Assembly (NCBI GenBank): GCA_963702425.1
Contig: CAVPCQ010000029.1
Span: 1-64,000 of the forward strand
Direction: 5' to 3'
Length of the DNA: 64,000 nucleotides
Source of the DNA: an uncultured Acidobacteriota bacterium
GTDB taxonomy: Bacteria; Acidobacteriota; Polarisedimenticolia; J045
Below are positions 43,304 through 54,600 of the stretch, piece by piece (position 1 is the stretch's first letter; each line of letters begins with the position of its first letter). The notes under the pieces are model-generated. The model had not been told where the DNA came from. It saw only the letters and a program-made list of their open reading frames with translations, and did not search any database. The position numbers and the translations under genes were made by a program.

Positions 43304-43995
43304 CGACGGTACAGCGACTCGCGCTCTGGAGCGCGTCGGCGGTGGCCGGCGCGTCCGGGCTGGCGTACGCGGCGATGAAGTACCTGCTGCCGCGGAACGA
43401 CCCGTTCTCGGCCTACGGTCACCCGCTCCAGCCGCACGCGCTGAAGATCCACGTGCTGGCGGTGCCGATCCTCGTCTTCGTCGTCGGCTGGCTCTACGGT
43501 GCGCACGCGCAGCAGCAGCTTCGCGGCGGCGCCGCCTCGGGGCGCGCGAGCGGGCGCGCGATCCTGGCCCTGACGTTCGTGCTCGCACTGTCGGGGACCC
43601 TGGTCCAGGCGTTCGCCGACGCGAGGTGGCGCCCGGCCGCGGCGTGGGTCCACGGGATCACGGGGACAGCGTTCGTCGCCTCGCTGGCGGCGCACGCGTG
43701 GGCCGGTCGGCGCCGCCGGGCGGCCGTCGAGGCCCCGGCGACCCCCTCGACCCCCGCGCCGCGGCGGCCGGCCTATCTGCGGCCGATCGCCTTTCCGCGG
43801 CCGGCAGCCGGCTCCCCTGCGTCGCCGGGGCGCCGCGGCGACGCCCCGGCCGCCGCGCACGGCGAGCCCCGCCACGGCCTCGACGCGGACGGCTGCGGGG
43901 CCTGCCGGGGCTGCGGGATCGCCCTCGTGACGGGCACTCCCGGGCCCGCGGTGCCCGGCTCGGAGCGACCTCACCCGCGAGCTAATCGCGACTAA
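43300..43995 (+). CDS. four-helix His-rich membrane protein (cytochrome b-like) with C-terminal CxxCxxC tail
   Basis: GTGA overlap with the upstream gene; helices carry KIH...GAH and WVH...AAH; tail DGCGACRGCG. Confidence 0.65.
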   Translation: MTTVQRLALWSASAVAGASGLAYAAMKYLLPRNDPFSAYGHPLQPHALKIHVLAVPILVFVVGWLYGAHAQQQLRGGAASGRASGRAILALTFVLALSGTLVQAFADARWRPAAAWVHGITGTAFVASLAAHAWAGRRRRAAVEAPATPSTPAPRRPAYLRPIAFPRPAAGSPASPGRRGDAPAAAHGEPRHGLDADGCGACRGCGIALVTGTPGPAVPGSERPHPRANRD

Positions 43996-44087
43996 GGCGA
44001 AGTTCGCTTCGCTGGGGACTCGACGCTAAGATCACCTCGATCCCCCCGGCCTCCGACCCGGGGCGCACCTGGAGGCGCAGGTCCCCC

Positions 44088-46475
44088 ATGAGCGTTGCGA
44101 ACTTCCCGGCCGGCGTCCCGCGCCGTTCCGCGGCCCCGGTCAAGTCCTGGTGGCTGCGCCTGGTGGACGCGATCGGCAGCGTGACCTTCGGCATCTCGAT
44201 GATGGTCGCCCTGCTGGTCTACTCGTGGCTCGGATCGGCCGGCCTGCAGCCGTTCTACGACTGGTTCCCGCGCCAGAGCGTCGAGCTGACCGAGATGGAG
44301 TGGTTCAACTGGTGGCCGTTCCACCTGATCTGCGCGCTACTCGCGCTCTCGCTGGTTCTCGTCACGATCCGCCGCATCCCGCTCAACCTGCCGAACCTCG
44401 GCGTCTGGACGGTCCACGTCGGGATCCTCGTGCTGATGCTCGGCTGCGTGATCTACTTCGGGCTCAAGCGCGAAGGGGACATGGCGGTCTTCCGTCGGCA
44501 GGCGATCGTGCAGCTGCCGGGCGGTTCGCCGGTCGTGCTGACGCTGCAGCCTGACGAGGAAGCGATCGTGAGCGGCAACGGCCGCGCATACCGCGTCACG
44601 GTCGGCGACCTCAACTCCAGCTACGAGCTGCTCACCGGGACCGACAAGGGTAAGAAGACCCTCTCCGCGCAGCTCGGCTTCCAGCCGCTGTCGGGCGGTG
44701 GGCAGCCCTTCATCCGCCAGCTGCTCGTGGGCTACCCCGAATACACGGAGGACGTCGTCCCCGGCCAGGGGCGCGCGATCAAGCTGCTCGGCCGGAAGCT
44801 GATTGACGACAGCGTGGCGGTCTCGCTCGACTACGCGCCGAACGACCGGATCTTCCTCTACGACCGTGCGGCGCTGATGCTGCGCATGCCGGGGACCGCC
44901 GAGTGGAGCGAATATCCCTTGCGTGGCTTGCCGCGCTACCGGGAGTACGTCGGGTCACCGGATGCCGCGTCCGTCAGCCCGGGCGAGACGCCGCTGCCCG
45001 CGCGCCCGCTGGCCCTCGCACCGCGCCTCAAGGGGACCCCGGCCCCGGGGTTGGAGCAGGTCTCCGCGCGCGTCACGGGCTTCCTCCCCTACGCGATGCT
45101 CAGCGAGGCGTGGGAAGCCGGCGGTACGGCCTTCAACCCGTACCTGCGCTTCACGGTCCAGGTCGGCAACAGCTCGATGTCCGAGGTCCTGCTGGCCAAC
45201 GACCCGGCCCGCAACCACGTGAGGCTCGGCGACAACCTCTTCGACGCGCGCTTCGACTGGGTCGACGACCCGGCCGTGCTCGAGCGGCTCCGCAGCCCCG
45301 GCGCGCCCCGCCTGCGCGCCCGCGCCGGCGCGACCGAGCACGAGTTCCCGCTGGGCGAGGTCGTCGGCAGGGAGTTCGCGCTCGCCGGCACGCCCTACAC
45401 GCTGCAGGGGCTCCAGTTCTTTCCGGAGTGGGTCCCGCCCGGCACGCCCGAGGGGGAGCACGGCTCGATGGTGCTGGTCCGCGTGAAGGGCCCGAAGGGG
45501 ACCTTCCTGCGCGCGGTCACCGCACCCGACGCGCGGCTCACGCGGGACCTCGACGGCGAGGGGCGCCCGCTCGCGGCGCTGGTCGACGACGGCATCGTGC
45601 TCGAAGCGGGCGGCCTCGTGGAATCCGGGCTGCGGATCGTGGGCGGACGGAACGGCCTCATCGCGCTGCTCGTCAGCGACGGCGGGCAGGTGATCGAGCG
45701 GCCGCTGACGCCTGGCCAGCCGGTCGAGTTCCTGGACGGCGCGATGAAGCTGACCGTCTGGGAGGCCGGTCCCAACTCGCGCCTGGTGTCTAAGCCGCGC
45801 GTCGTGCCGCGGCACGAGCGGGACTCCAAGTCCGGGCCCCACTACTCGCTGATCCAGGTCGAGTTGGCCGAGGCGGGTCAGCCGCCGGAAACGCAGTGGG
45901 TCGAGTACAGCCACTACGCGCACCCGAGCCGCGTCGGCTACTACCCGCGCCGCGTGACGCTCGCTTCCGGTCGGCCGGTCGAGCTGCTCTACTCGCGCGA
46001 GACGCTTCGGCTCCCGGCGCCGGTCGCGCTCGAGGAGTTCCAGCTCGAGGTCTACCCCGGCGGCGAGAAGGAGCGCGACTACAAGAGCCTCGTGCGCTTC
46101 TACGAGAACGGCCGCTGGTCCGACCTGGAAGAGGTCCACAGCAACAACCCGACCGAGCACGCCGGGTGGTGGTACTTCCAGAGCACGTGGGACCCGCCCG
46201 ACGAGCGAGCCGGCTACGCGGGGATGAACTACACCGGGCTCGGGGTCGGCAACCGGCACGGGGTGGGCACGATGCTGCTGGGCTCGGTGCTGACCGTGCT
46301 CGGCACGCTCTGGGCCTTCTACGTGAAGCCGGTCATCGTGCGCCGGCGGCTCGGCGAGCACCGCGCGGAGATCGCCGGCGCGCCGGAGGACCTGCCCGAC
46401 ACCACGCGCTTCCCGGCGCAGCCGGCGGCCGCATCCGGCGCCGCGCGCACCCGACTCACGGAGACCGAAGCATGA
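44088..46475 (+). CDS. ResB/CcsB-like cytochrome c biogenesis protein
   Basis: N-terminal TM helices with VHVG, large periplasmic region, SNNP...WYFQS, C-terminal TM; coupled to ccsA. Confidence 0.7.
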   Translation: MSVANFPAGVPRRSAAPVKSWWLRLVDAIGSVTFGISMMVALLVYSWLGSAGLQPFYDWFPRQSVELTEMEWFNWWPFHLICALLALSLVLVTIRRIPLNLPNLGVWTVHVGILVLMLGCVIYFGLKREGDMAVFRRQAIVQLPGGSPVVLTLQPDEEAIVSGNGRAYRVTVGDLNSSYELLTGTDKGKKTLSAQLGFQPLSGGGQPFIRQLLVGYPEYTEDVVPGQGRAIKLLGRKLIDDSVAVSLDYAPNDRIFLYDRAALMLRMPGTAEWSEYPLRGLPRYREYVGSPDAASVSPGETPLPARPLALAPRLKGTPAPGLEQVSARVTGFLPYAMLSEAWEAGGTAFNPYLRFTVQVGNSSMSEVLLANDPARNHVRLGDNLFDARFDWVDDPAVLERLRSPGAPRLRARAGATEHEFPLGEVVGREFALAGTPYTLQGLQFFPEWVPPGTPEGEHGSMVLVRVKGPKGTFLRAVTAPDARLTRDLDGEGRPLAALVDDGIVLEAGGLVESGLRIVGGRNGLIALLVSDGGQVIERPLTPGQPVEFLDGAMKLTVWEAGPNSRLVSKPRVVPRHERDSKSGPHYSLIQVELAEAGQPPETQWVEYSHYAHPSRVGYYPRRVTLASGRPVELLYSRETLRLPAPVALEEFQLEVYPGGEKERDYKSLVRFYENGRWSDLEEVHSNNPTEHAGWWYFQSTWDPPDERAGYAGMNYTGLGVGNRHGVGTMLLGSVLTVLGTLWAFYVKPVIVRRRLGEHRAEIAGAPEDLPDTTRFPAQPAAASGAARTRLTETEA

Positions 46476-48262
46476 GCCGCCGCCTGGTGATCGCCTTCCT
46501 CGCCGTCCTGGCGCTGGGCACCGCGGCCGCTCCGGCGCGGGCTGCCGACGCGCCGATCCAGCTCTCGGTCGGCAGCGCGTTCGCGGACTCCGTCGACCTG
46601 GCGGCGATCCGCGTCAGCGCGGTCCAGGAGGACGGCCGCGTCAAGACTTTCGACTCGCTGGCCCGCGAGCGGCTGAAGCTGGTCAACAGCTCGCGCGCGA
46701 TGCGCGAGATCGACCCGGTGCTGCTCTACCTGGACATGGTCCTGGTCCCCGAGCACTACGCCGGCACGAACGTCATCTTCGTCAAGAAGCCGATGATCCG
46801 GACGCAGATCACGCAGGGCGTGCGCAGCATCGTGCTGCCCGAGAACCGCCAGGGCGTGATCGCTGAGACCGAGCTGCAGCGGATCGAGCAGACCGGGCTG
46901 GTGTCGCCGATCTTCCTCGACCAGCCCGCGGTCCGGCAGGTGCTCGCGGCAATGGAGCGCGACCTGATGCGCACCAGCCGCGAGGTCAACGCGATTCAGG
47001 CCGCCCGCAGCCTGTCCGACGCGGGCGTGCTGTTGTCGCTCTGGCGCCCGGTGCCGCCGGTCGGGGGCAGCGAGACCGATCCCTGGCTGACGGTGGCGCA
47101 GGCCGCCCGCGGGATGATGAGCGCGCCGGGGCGCGCGATCCCGGCCGCGACCGGGCTCGCCGAGCGGAGCGCGGCGATCGGCGCAGCCTGGCAGTCGCTC
47201 GAGAACGCCTGGCGCTTCCAGGACGCCGCGGCCGCCGGCCAGGCGCTCAACACGCTGGCGCAGACCTTCGCGCTGGTGGAGCCGAGGCTCTATCCGGCGG
47301 CGGCGCGCCTGTCGTGGGAGCACTGGTACTACAAGAACGACAAGCTGACGATGGTCTGGCTGGTCTATTTCCTGGCCCTGCCGTTCCTGCTGATGGCCAC
47401 GGTCTACCGGTTCCGCTGGGCGCGGGTCGCCGGGCTGACGCTCTTCGTCACCGGCTTCGCGCTCCAGACCTTCTCGATCGTCCTGCGCTGGTGGCTGGCC
47501 GGGCGGATCCCGAACTCCAACATGTTCGAGGCGGTGACCGCCTCGGCGTGGTTCGGCGCGCTGCTGGCGATCGTGCTGGAGCTCGTCCTGCGGCGCTGGC
47601 CGGTCAAGAACCTGCCCGCGCTCGCGGCCTCCACCTATGCGATGTTCGCGCTGATGCTCGGGCACTTCATGCCGGTCACGCTCAACTCCGACATCTCCAC
47701 CGTCATGCCGGTGCTCGACCGCACGATCTGGCTCTACATCCACACCAACATGGTCATCGCCTCGTATGCGCTGATCTTCTTCGGCGGGGTGACGGCGATC
47801 CTCTATCTCGCGGGCCGGGCGCTGAACTCGTGGGCGACGTCGCCGCGCCTCGCCGAGGCCTGGGCCGGCACCGGCGGCACCGGGGCGATCCGTGGCGGCG
47901 CGGGCTCCCTGATCCTCGGGCGCGGCCTGGCCCCCGGCGACGAGAACCGCTCGGGGCTGGCCAAGTCGCTCGACGGCGCGACGATGATCTTCCTCGAGCT
48001 GGCCTTCATCACGCTCTGGGTCGGGACGATCCTCGGCGCGGTCTGGGCCTACTTCTCGTGGGGCCGTCCGTGGGGCTGGGATCCCAAGGAGGTCTTCGCG
48101 CTCAACACCTGGCTGGTCTTCCTGGTGCTGTTGCACGTCCGCTACAAGGTCAAGGACAAGGCGCTCTGGACCGCGATCCTGGCGGTGATCGGCTGCGCGG
48201 TGATGATCTTCAACTGGGTCGCCGTCAACTTCGTGATCGTCGGCCTGCACAGCTACGCGTAG
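46472..48262 (+). CDS. ccsA: cytochrome c biogenesis protein CcsA/ResC
   Basis: GRVKTFDS, WLYIHT, WWD motif WAYFSWGRPWGWDPKE, terminal GLHSYA; ATGA overlap. Confidence 0.9.
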   Translation: MSRRLVIAFLAVLALGTAAAPARAADAPIQLSVGSAFADSVDLAAIRVSAVQEDGRVKTFDSLARERLKLVNSSRAMREIDPVLLYLDMVLVPEHYAGTNVIFVKKPMIRTQITQGVRSIVLPENRQGVIAETELQRIEQTGLVSPIFLDQPAVRQVLAAMERDLMRTSREVNAIQAARSLSDAGVLLSLWRPVPPVGGSETDPWLTVAQAARGMMSAPGRAIPAATGLAERSAAIGAAWQSLENAWRFQDAAAAGQALNTLAQTFALVEPRLYPAAARLSWEHWYYKNDKLTMVWLVYFLALPFLLMATVYRFRWARVAGLTLFVTGFALQTFSIVLRWWLAGRIPNSNMFEAVTASAWFGALLAIVLELVLRRWPVKNLPALAASTYAMFALMLGHFMPVTLNSDISTVMPVLDRTIWLYIHTNMVIASYALIFFGGVTAILYLAGRALNSWATSPRLAEAWAGTGGTGAIRGGAGSLILGRGLAPGDENRSGLAKSLDGATMIFLELAFITLWVGTILGAVWAYFSWGRPWGWDPKEVFALNTWLVFLVLLHVRYKVKDKALWTAILAVIGCAVMIFNWVAVNFVIVGLHSYA

Positions 48263-48384
48263 GCGAGCCGGGGGCGCCGCTTCCGGCCGCGGGCATACCC
48301 CCGATGGCGAACGACGGGGGTACGCTGGTAAGGTCTTGCCTCCCCGAGACCCGCGCCGGTCCTGCCGGGCGACCCACGGAGCGC

Positions 48385-50736
48385 ATGGCGGTGACGACGC
48401 AAGAACCCCACGATCCCGAGTCCAGCCGGAAGCGTATCGAGGAGGCGCTCGAAGCGTTTCCGGGGCTCGCGGAGATGTTCGCGCGCGCGCTGATGGTAAG
48501 CCTGCACGCGCGCGGGGTAGCGACGGTCGACGAGATCTACGCCGAAGCACGCCGCCGGGCCGGCGGGGCGGGCGAGGACGAGCCGACGGACCTCTCCGAC
48601 GACAACGTGCAAGTTGCCCGGCGCTGGGACGAACTCGAGCGCCGGGAGATCGAGAACCTCACCGTCGAGAAGGCCGCCGCGACTTTCACGCCGGACGAGA
48701 TTGACGACCTCGTCAACCTGACCCGAAAACGCGACGAGGCCCAGAGCCTGGAGGAGATCGCGAATCTCTCGCAGGTGTCGATCCGCATGCTCGCCGAGGC
48801 TGTCAACCGGTTCTGCCGCTTTCCCGAGGGGCAGACGCAGATCCCCGAGTGGGAGTCGCTCGGGGTCCGCGTGGCGCTGATCCGTCACATCATCTCTGAC
48901 CAGCTCGAGTTCATCGGTCTCGCCAAGAAGCACTTCCGGATTCGTGACTTCCAGGATCTCCTCGAGCGGACCATCGGCGATGACCACCGCATGGGCCGGA
49001 TCGGCGGCAAGGCGGCCGGGATGATCCTCGCCAAGAGCATCCTCGAGCGCGCGCGCGCGGAGGATCCCAGCGCCCCCCAGATCCCGATCGCGCTCCCAGA
49101 TTCCTACTACCTGCGCTCGGACGTCATCGAGCAGTTCATGGATCACAACCAGCTCCATGAGCTGCAGAGCCAGAAGTACAAGCCGATCGAGACGATCCGC
49201 CAGGAATACCCGGTCATCCTGAACCTCTTCAAGAACGGCGAGTTCCCGGGTCACCTGATTGAGAAGTTGCGGCGGTTGCTCGGCAAGGTGGGTGACTCGC
49301 CGCTGATCGTGCGCTCCTCGTCGCTGCTCGAGGACCGCTTCGGCGCCACCTTCGCGGGGAAGTATCGCAGCGTCTTCCTTCCGAACCAGGGACCACACGA
49401 GGGCCGCCTCGTCCAGTTGATCGGCGCGATCTGCGAGGTCTTCGCAAGCATCTTCGCCCCCGACCCGATCAGCTACCGGCGCCGCCACAACCTGATCGAC
49501 TACGACGACCTCATGGCGGTACTGATCCAGACGGTTGTCGGGCTGCGCTACGGCCCGTATCTGCTGCCGAGCTGGGCCGGTGTGGCGTTCTCCAGCAACG
49601 AGTACCGCTGGAGCGCCAGGATCCGCCGCCAGGACGGGCTGGCCCGCGTCGTCTTCGGGCTCGGAACCCGCGCCGTGGACCGTGTCGCCTCGGACTTTCC
49701 GCGGATGCTCGCGCTCGGCATGCCGTCGCTGCGGCCGGTCGCCAGCCCGGCCGAGATCCGGCGCTACTCGCAGCGCTACGTCGACGCGATCAACATCGAA
49801 GAGAACCGCTTCGAGACCGTCCCGTTCACCGAGTTGCTCTCGCACGGTTCGTTCCCGGGCCTCGACCAGTTCGTGTCGATCTCCGGGGAGGACGGCTTCT
49901 ACAAGCCCACTGGCACACGGATCGACGCAGCGCCATCGGAGCTGGTCCTGACGTTCGACCGCTTCGCTCAGGAGTCGCCCTACCCGGCGTTCCTGAAGTG
50001 GATGCTGACCACACTCGAGAGGGCCTACGGCTGCCCGATGGACATCGAGTTCGCCCACGACGGCGAGAAATTTCACCTCTTGCAGTGCCGGCCCCAGGCC
50101 TGGCACGAGGAGGAGCGCGCGGTCTACATCCCGCGCAACATCCCCTCCGAGCGCCGGGTCTTCAGCGCGTCGCGTAACATCACCACCGGCTCCGTGCACG
50201 GGATCCAGTACGTCGTCCTCGTCGATCCGCGCGACTACGATTCGATCCAGACGGCGACTGAGCGGCAGCAGGTGGCACGCGTGATCGGACTGCTCAACGA
50301 GGAGCTCAAGGAGAAGGGCTTCATCCTGATGGGACCGGGGCGCTGGGGGTCGAACGACCTGCGGCTGGGGATCAAGATCGGTTACGCCGACATCAACAAC
50401 GCACGGATGCTGATCGAGATTGCGCGCGCGAAGGGGGATCAGGTCCCAGAAGTGTCGTTCGGAACGCACTTCTTCCAAGACCTCGTGGAGTCGGATATCC
50501 GCTACCTGGCGCTCTACCCCGACGATCCGGGCAGCGACTTCAACGAGCGCTTCCTCCACGGCTCTACCAACATGCTTCCGCAGTTTCTGCCGGAGCAGGC
50601 CGAGTGGGCGGGGGTCGTGAAGGTCGTGGATGTGCGGCGCGCCAGCGATGGCCTGTCACTCAACGTGGACATGGACGGCGACAGCCAGCAGGCGCTCGCG
50701 TACCTCGCTCCGGCAGACGACGCGCACCACCACTGA
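48385..50736 (+). CDS. PEP/pyruvate-binding (PPDK_N ATP-grasp) domain protein A, 783 aa
   Basis: IGGKAAG, IVRSSSLLED..FAGKY, GLGTRAV, DIEFA, LLQCRP, GPGRWGS, SFGTHFFQDLVE. Confidence 0.88.
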   Translation: MAVTTQEPHDPESSRKRIEEALEAFPGLAEMFARALMVSLHARGVATVDEIYAEARRRAGGAGEDEPTDLSDDNVQVARRWDELERREIENLTVEKAAATFTPDEIDDLVNLTRKRDEAQSLEEIANLSQVSIRMLAEAVNRFCRFPEGQTQIPEWESLGVRVALIRHIISDQLEFIGLAKKHFRIRDFQDLLERTIGDDHRMGRIGGKAAGMILAKSILERARAEDPSAPQIPIALPDSYYLRSDVIEQFMDHNQLHELQSQKYKPIETIRQEYPVILNLFKNGEFPGHLIEKLRRLLGKVGDSPLIVRSSSLLEDRFGATFAGKYRSVFLPNQGPHEGRLVQLIGAICEVFASIFAPDPISYRRRHNLIDYDDLMAVLIQTVVGLRYGPYLLPSWAGVAFSSNEYRWSARIRRQDGLARVVFGLGTRAVDRVASDFPRMLALGMPSLRPVASPAEIRRYSQRYVDAINIEENRFETVPFTELLSHGSFPGLDQFVSISGEDGFYKPTGTRIDAAPSELVLTFDRFAQESPYPAFLKWMLTTLERAYGCPMDIEFAHDGEKFHLLQCRPQAWHEEERAVYIPRNIPSERRVFSASRNITTGSVHGIQYVVLVDPRDYDSIQTATERQQVARVIGLLNEELKEKGFILMGPGRWGSNDLRLGIKIGYADINNARMLIEIARAKGDQVPEVSFGTHFFQDLVESDIRYLALYPDDPGSDFNERFLHGSTNMLPQFLPEQAEWAGVVKVVDVRRASDGLSLNVDMDGDSQQALAYLAPADDAHHH

Positions 50737-50793
50737 CGGATCGACGGCGCGACACGAGGCGCGCGGCGACCGGTCCGGAGGCAAGGGGCACCC

Positions 50794-51630
50794 GTGACGC
50801 GCTGCGCGTTCGTTTCGGATCTTCACGGCCGCGAGGCGCGGTATCAGGCGCTCTTCCGCTTCCTGTCCGATGCGCAGCCCGACGCGCTGTTCCTGGGAGG
50901 CGACCTGTTGCCGCGCGGTGCCAGCGCAGAGCGCTTCCTCGACGACCTGCTGGAGCCCGCCCTTCGGTCCGTCGGGGCCTCTGCCGACGACAGGACGCGC
51001 GTCTTCCTGCTGCTCGGGAACGACGACCCGGCGATCTACGAGGATGCCGCGCGCCGCGGCGAGGAACGCGGGGCGTGGACCTATCTCCACGCGCGTCGTG
51101 CGCGGCTCGCGGGCCGGGCGGTCTACGGTTACGCCTGCGTCCCGCCGACGCCATTCCTGTTGAAGGACTGGGAGCGATACGACGTCTCGCGTCATACCGA
51201 TCCCGGTTGCGTGTCGCCGGAAGCGGGGCGGCGTACCGTGCCGGTCGCGGAGAACGAGGTGCGCCACGGAACGATCGCCAAGGATCTTGACCGTCTGGCG
51301 GGAGGCGATGACCTGTCCGGCTCGGTCTGGCTGTTCCACTCTCCGCCGTGGAACTCACGTCTCGATCGCGCAGCGCTCGACGGGATGACCGTCGCGGGCG
51401 TGCCGCTCGACCTTCACGTCGGGAGCGTCGCGATCCGCCGCTTCCTCGAGCGTCACGCCGTGCACCTGGCGCTCCACGGCCACGTCCACGAGTCGGCACG
51501 ACTCACCGGCGCGTGGTGCGACCTGGTGGGGCCGACGACCTGCCTGTCCGCGGCGCACGACGGGCCAGAGCTGGCCGTGGTGCAATTCGACCTCGAGGCG
51601 CCCGGGGAAGCGACCCGCGCGCTGCTCTGA
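50794..51630 (+). CDS. calcineurin-like metallophosphoesterase
   Basis: SDLHG, GGDL, GNDD, FHSPP, HGHVHE. Confidence 0.88.
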   Translation: MTRCAFVSDLHGREARYQALFRFLSDAQPDALFLGGDLLPRGASAERFLDDLLEPALRSVGASADDRTRVFLLLGNDDPAIYEDAARRGEERGAWTYLHARRARLAGRAVYGYACVPPTPFLLKDWERYDVSRHTDPGCVSPEAGRRTVPVAENEVRHGTIAKDLDRLAGGDDLSGSVWLFHSPPWNSRLDRAALDGMTVAGVPLDLHVGSVAIRRFLERHAVHLALHGHVHESARLTGAWCDLVGPTTCLSAAHDGPELAVVQFDLEAPGEATRALL

Positions 51631-51656
51631 GATGCCCCGGCTGCGTGACGGACCCG

Positions 51657-54600
51657 TCAGAGGGGCCGCGCGGCGTCGGTCACCGCGCCGATCTTCACAG
51701 CGAAGCTGGTCCCCCGCGCGATGTCGTCGTCGGTGACCAGGTGGACGTCGAGCAGCCCGTTCGAGCGGTAGCCCGTGCGCAGGAAGTTCATCTCGTCGAG
51801 CGCACGGCTCCAGCCGTCCAGCCAGAGGCGGAGCGCGTCGATCTGCTCGGTCGAGGCCCGGTGGTGGACGAGCAGGTCGATGTCGCTGGCCGGCCCTGCG
51901 GTCGCATTCTTCGTGCTGCCGATCAGGTAGACCTTCACGACACCGAACCGTTCCAGGTCCAGCTCGCTCGCGATCCGCTGCGCCATCGCCAGTCGCCAGC
52001 GCCAGTGTGGTTCCGAGGCTCTTTCGCCACGTCCGGACGGCTCCTCTTCCGAGGCCGAAGTGGTTGCCGGCGAGGTCAGGTAGGCGACGGCACTGTCGAG
52101 TGCGGCGTTCATCAGGACGCGCGCGACGAGCCCGCCCGACGAGGCCGGAACGTCGATCACGCGGAGCACCCCGGCGAGGTGGGCGTACTCGGGGAGAATG
52201 CCGGCCAGGAGGTTGTCGGCGGCGTGCAGCCAGCGCTCGTTGAAAACGGCCCCCTCGTCGTCCGGATAGAGCGGCAGGTAGCGGATCCGCGCCTCGACGA
52301 GATCCTGGAAGAAGTGCGTCCCGAACGACAGGTCCGGCGCGTAGCCATCACGCCGGCGTGCCACCTCGACCAGCAAGGCGCAGTGCGAGATGTCGGAATA
52401 GGAGACGCTGACGCCCAGCTTGATATCGCCGCGGCTGCCCCAGCGGCCGGGTCCGATCAGCGCGAACTGCCGCTTGGGGAGCAGTTGGTTCAGGCGGCCG
52501 ACCGCACGGCCGATCGCCAGCAGATCGGCCCTGTCCTGGACCTGGGTGTAGGCCGCAGCATCGACGTAGACGAGGTGCGTCAGGTCGGGTACGCGGCCGT
52601 TCGACACGAAGCGATTCGCGGTGAACAGGACCCGCTCCGTGGGGAGGTCCTGCGGGATCGGCGAGGGGCGACTCTCGTCGGTGTCGCTCTGCGGGCGGCA
52701 CTGGAGCAGGTAGATGTCCGTTCCGTCCGACGCGAACTCGATGTCCACCGGGACGCCCAGCGCGCGCTCCAGCGTCTCGAGAACCGCCCTCATCTCGCCC
52801 AGGAACGGCGTGTCGGAAATCAGCCCCTCGAACGTCCAGACCAGATCTTCGCGCTCGAAGTCGACGCGGGTCCCCAGCGGCTTGCGCACATGCCCTGCGC
52901 TGTGCAGGGAGACCATGCGCGCCACCCCGGGTACCGCAGCGCCGTACTCGCGCAGGAGCGCGTCCACTCGGACCGTCTCGAAGCGATTGGTCTCGAGATT
53001 CAGCACGTCGAGCTTGCGCGGGGCGTAGTGCAGGACCTCGTCCGGCGTGCTGTTGGTGCGTAACCCCGGCTGGCCGGGCGCCACGAGCACCGGATAGTCG
53101 TCGGCCAGGCGATCGACCGCCCGGGTCCCGAGCCCCGGGACCAGCCGCAGCAGGCCGTCCTCGCGCCGGATCCGCGGCGACCAGCGAAACTCGTTGCGTG
53201 AGAATCCCACACCGGCGAAGGTCGGAGCGAAGTAGGGACCGATCCGCGTCCCCACCACCTCCTGGATCATGATGCCCATCTCCTCCTGGAAGTCGGACAG
53301 GCCGCGCTCCATGCGGTACTGGATCGGGTCGGGGCCGAAAGTCGAGGCGTAGACCTCGGCGACCGCGCCGGCGAGCGCCGCGAGGCGCTCCCCCTTGGCC
53401 CCCTGGTTGGCCAGGAAGAGGCTCTTGTACTTGCCCGGGAAGGCTGAGCCGGCGTGGTCCTCGAGCAGGCTCGAGCTGCGCACGATCACCGGGTGCTCGC
53501 CGACCTCGTCGAGCACCTGCGCGAGACCCCGCACGATCTCGGGAGGGAAGGGGCAGCTCTTGAAGGTATCGATGATGTGTGAGTACTCGAGCCGAACCTG
53601 GTTGATCTCCTTGTACTTCTGCTCCACGACGTCGTCGAGGTGGTTGTAGTGGATGAAGTCGAGAAGCACGTCGGAGGTGATGTACCACGTCCGCGGGACC
53701 CGGATGCGTCCCAGCGCCGGGATCTCGGCCGCCGCGCGATCGAGCACCTTTGCGGCCAGGAAGAGCCCGGCGCTCTTGCCGCCCAGCTTCCCCTGGCTCG
53801 CGCTCGTGAAGATCGTTCCCTGCAGCAGGCGGAAGAAGTCCTCGACCTCGAGGTAGCGCTTGGCGACATTGAGGTACTCGAGGTGCTCGGTGAAGAAGCG
53901 TCGTGCCAGAGCGACGATGACACTGCGCTCGGATGACTCCGGCAGCCTGGCCCCCTCCGGCGTCAGCTGGTGGTACCGGCGCAGCGCATCGGCGACCTCG
54001 GGCAGCGGGTGGTTGCGGTTGACGACCGCCTCCACCAGGAAGCTGAGCTTGTCGTTCTGGATCAGCCGCTGCAGGTACGCGAGCGTCTCGTCGTCGCCGA
54101 GATGGCTTGCCGCCAGCTCGACGATCCGGGTGCCGGTGGCGTCGTCGACCACCGAGAGCACGCGGCCGGTATCGGGACGATTCTCGTCGCGCTCCGTCCC
54201 GGCCTCGTCCGCGGGGACCCCCTCCCCCAGCTGGGCGCGCAGCTGCTCCGCCTCCTTGACCCCGCTCCAGCACAGGTGGTTGAGCACCTTGAGCGCGATC
54301 GAGCGGAACAGCGCGCGGTCCGTCTCGCGCAGCAGGTCAAGCACCACGCGCCACGCTACCTGGCGCTGCGCGGAGAGGTCCGCGCTCGCGATCTCGACGC
54401 CCTGGAGCACGTGCTTCATCCGCGCGAACATCACGAAGAAGCCGAGGCGCTCCGCGATCGTGGCGATCAGCTTGGTCTCCTCGGCGAGGAAGGGCCCTTC
54501 GTCCGCCGGTGGGGCGCTGCGGGTGTAGCCGACCGTCAGGTCGCCGAGGTGCTGCCCGTGTACGTGGATGTCGGCCCGCTGCTGCCACGGGGTCTCGGCC

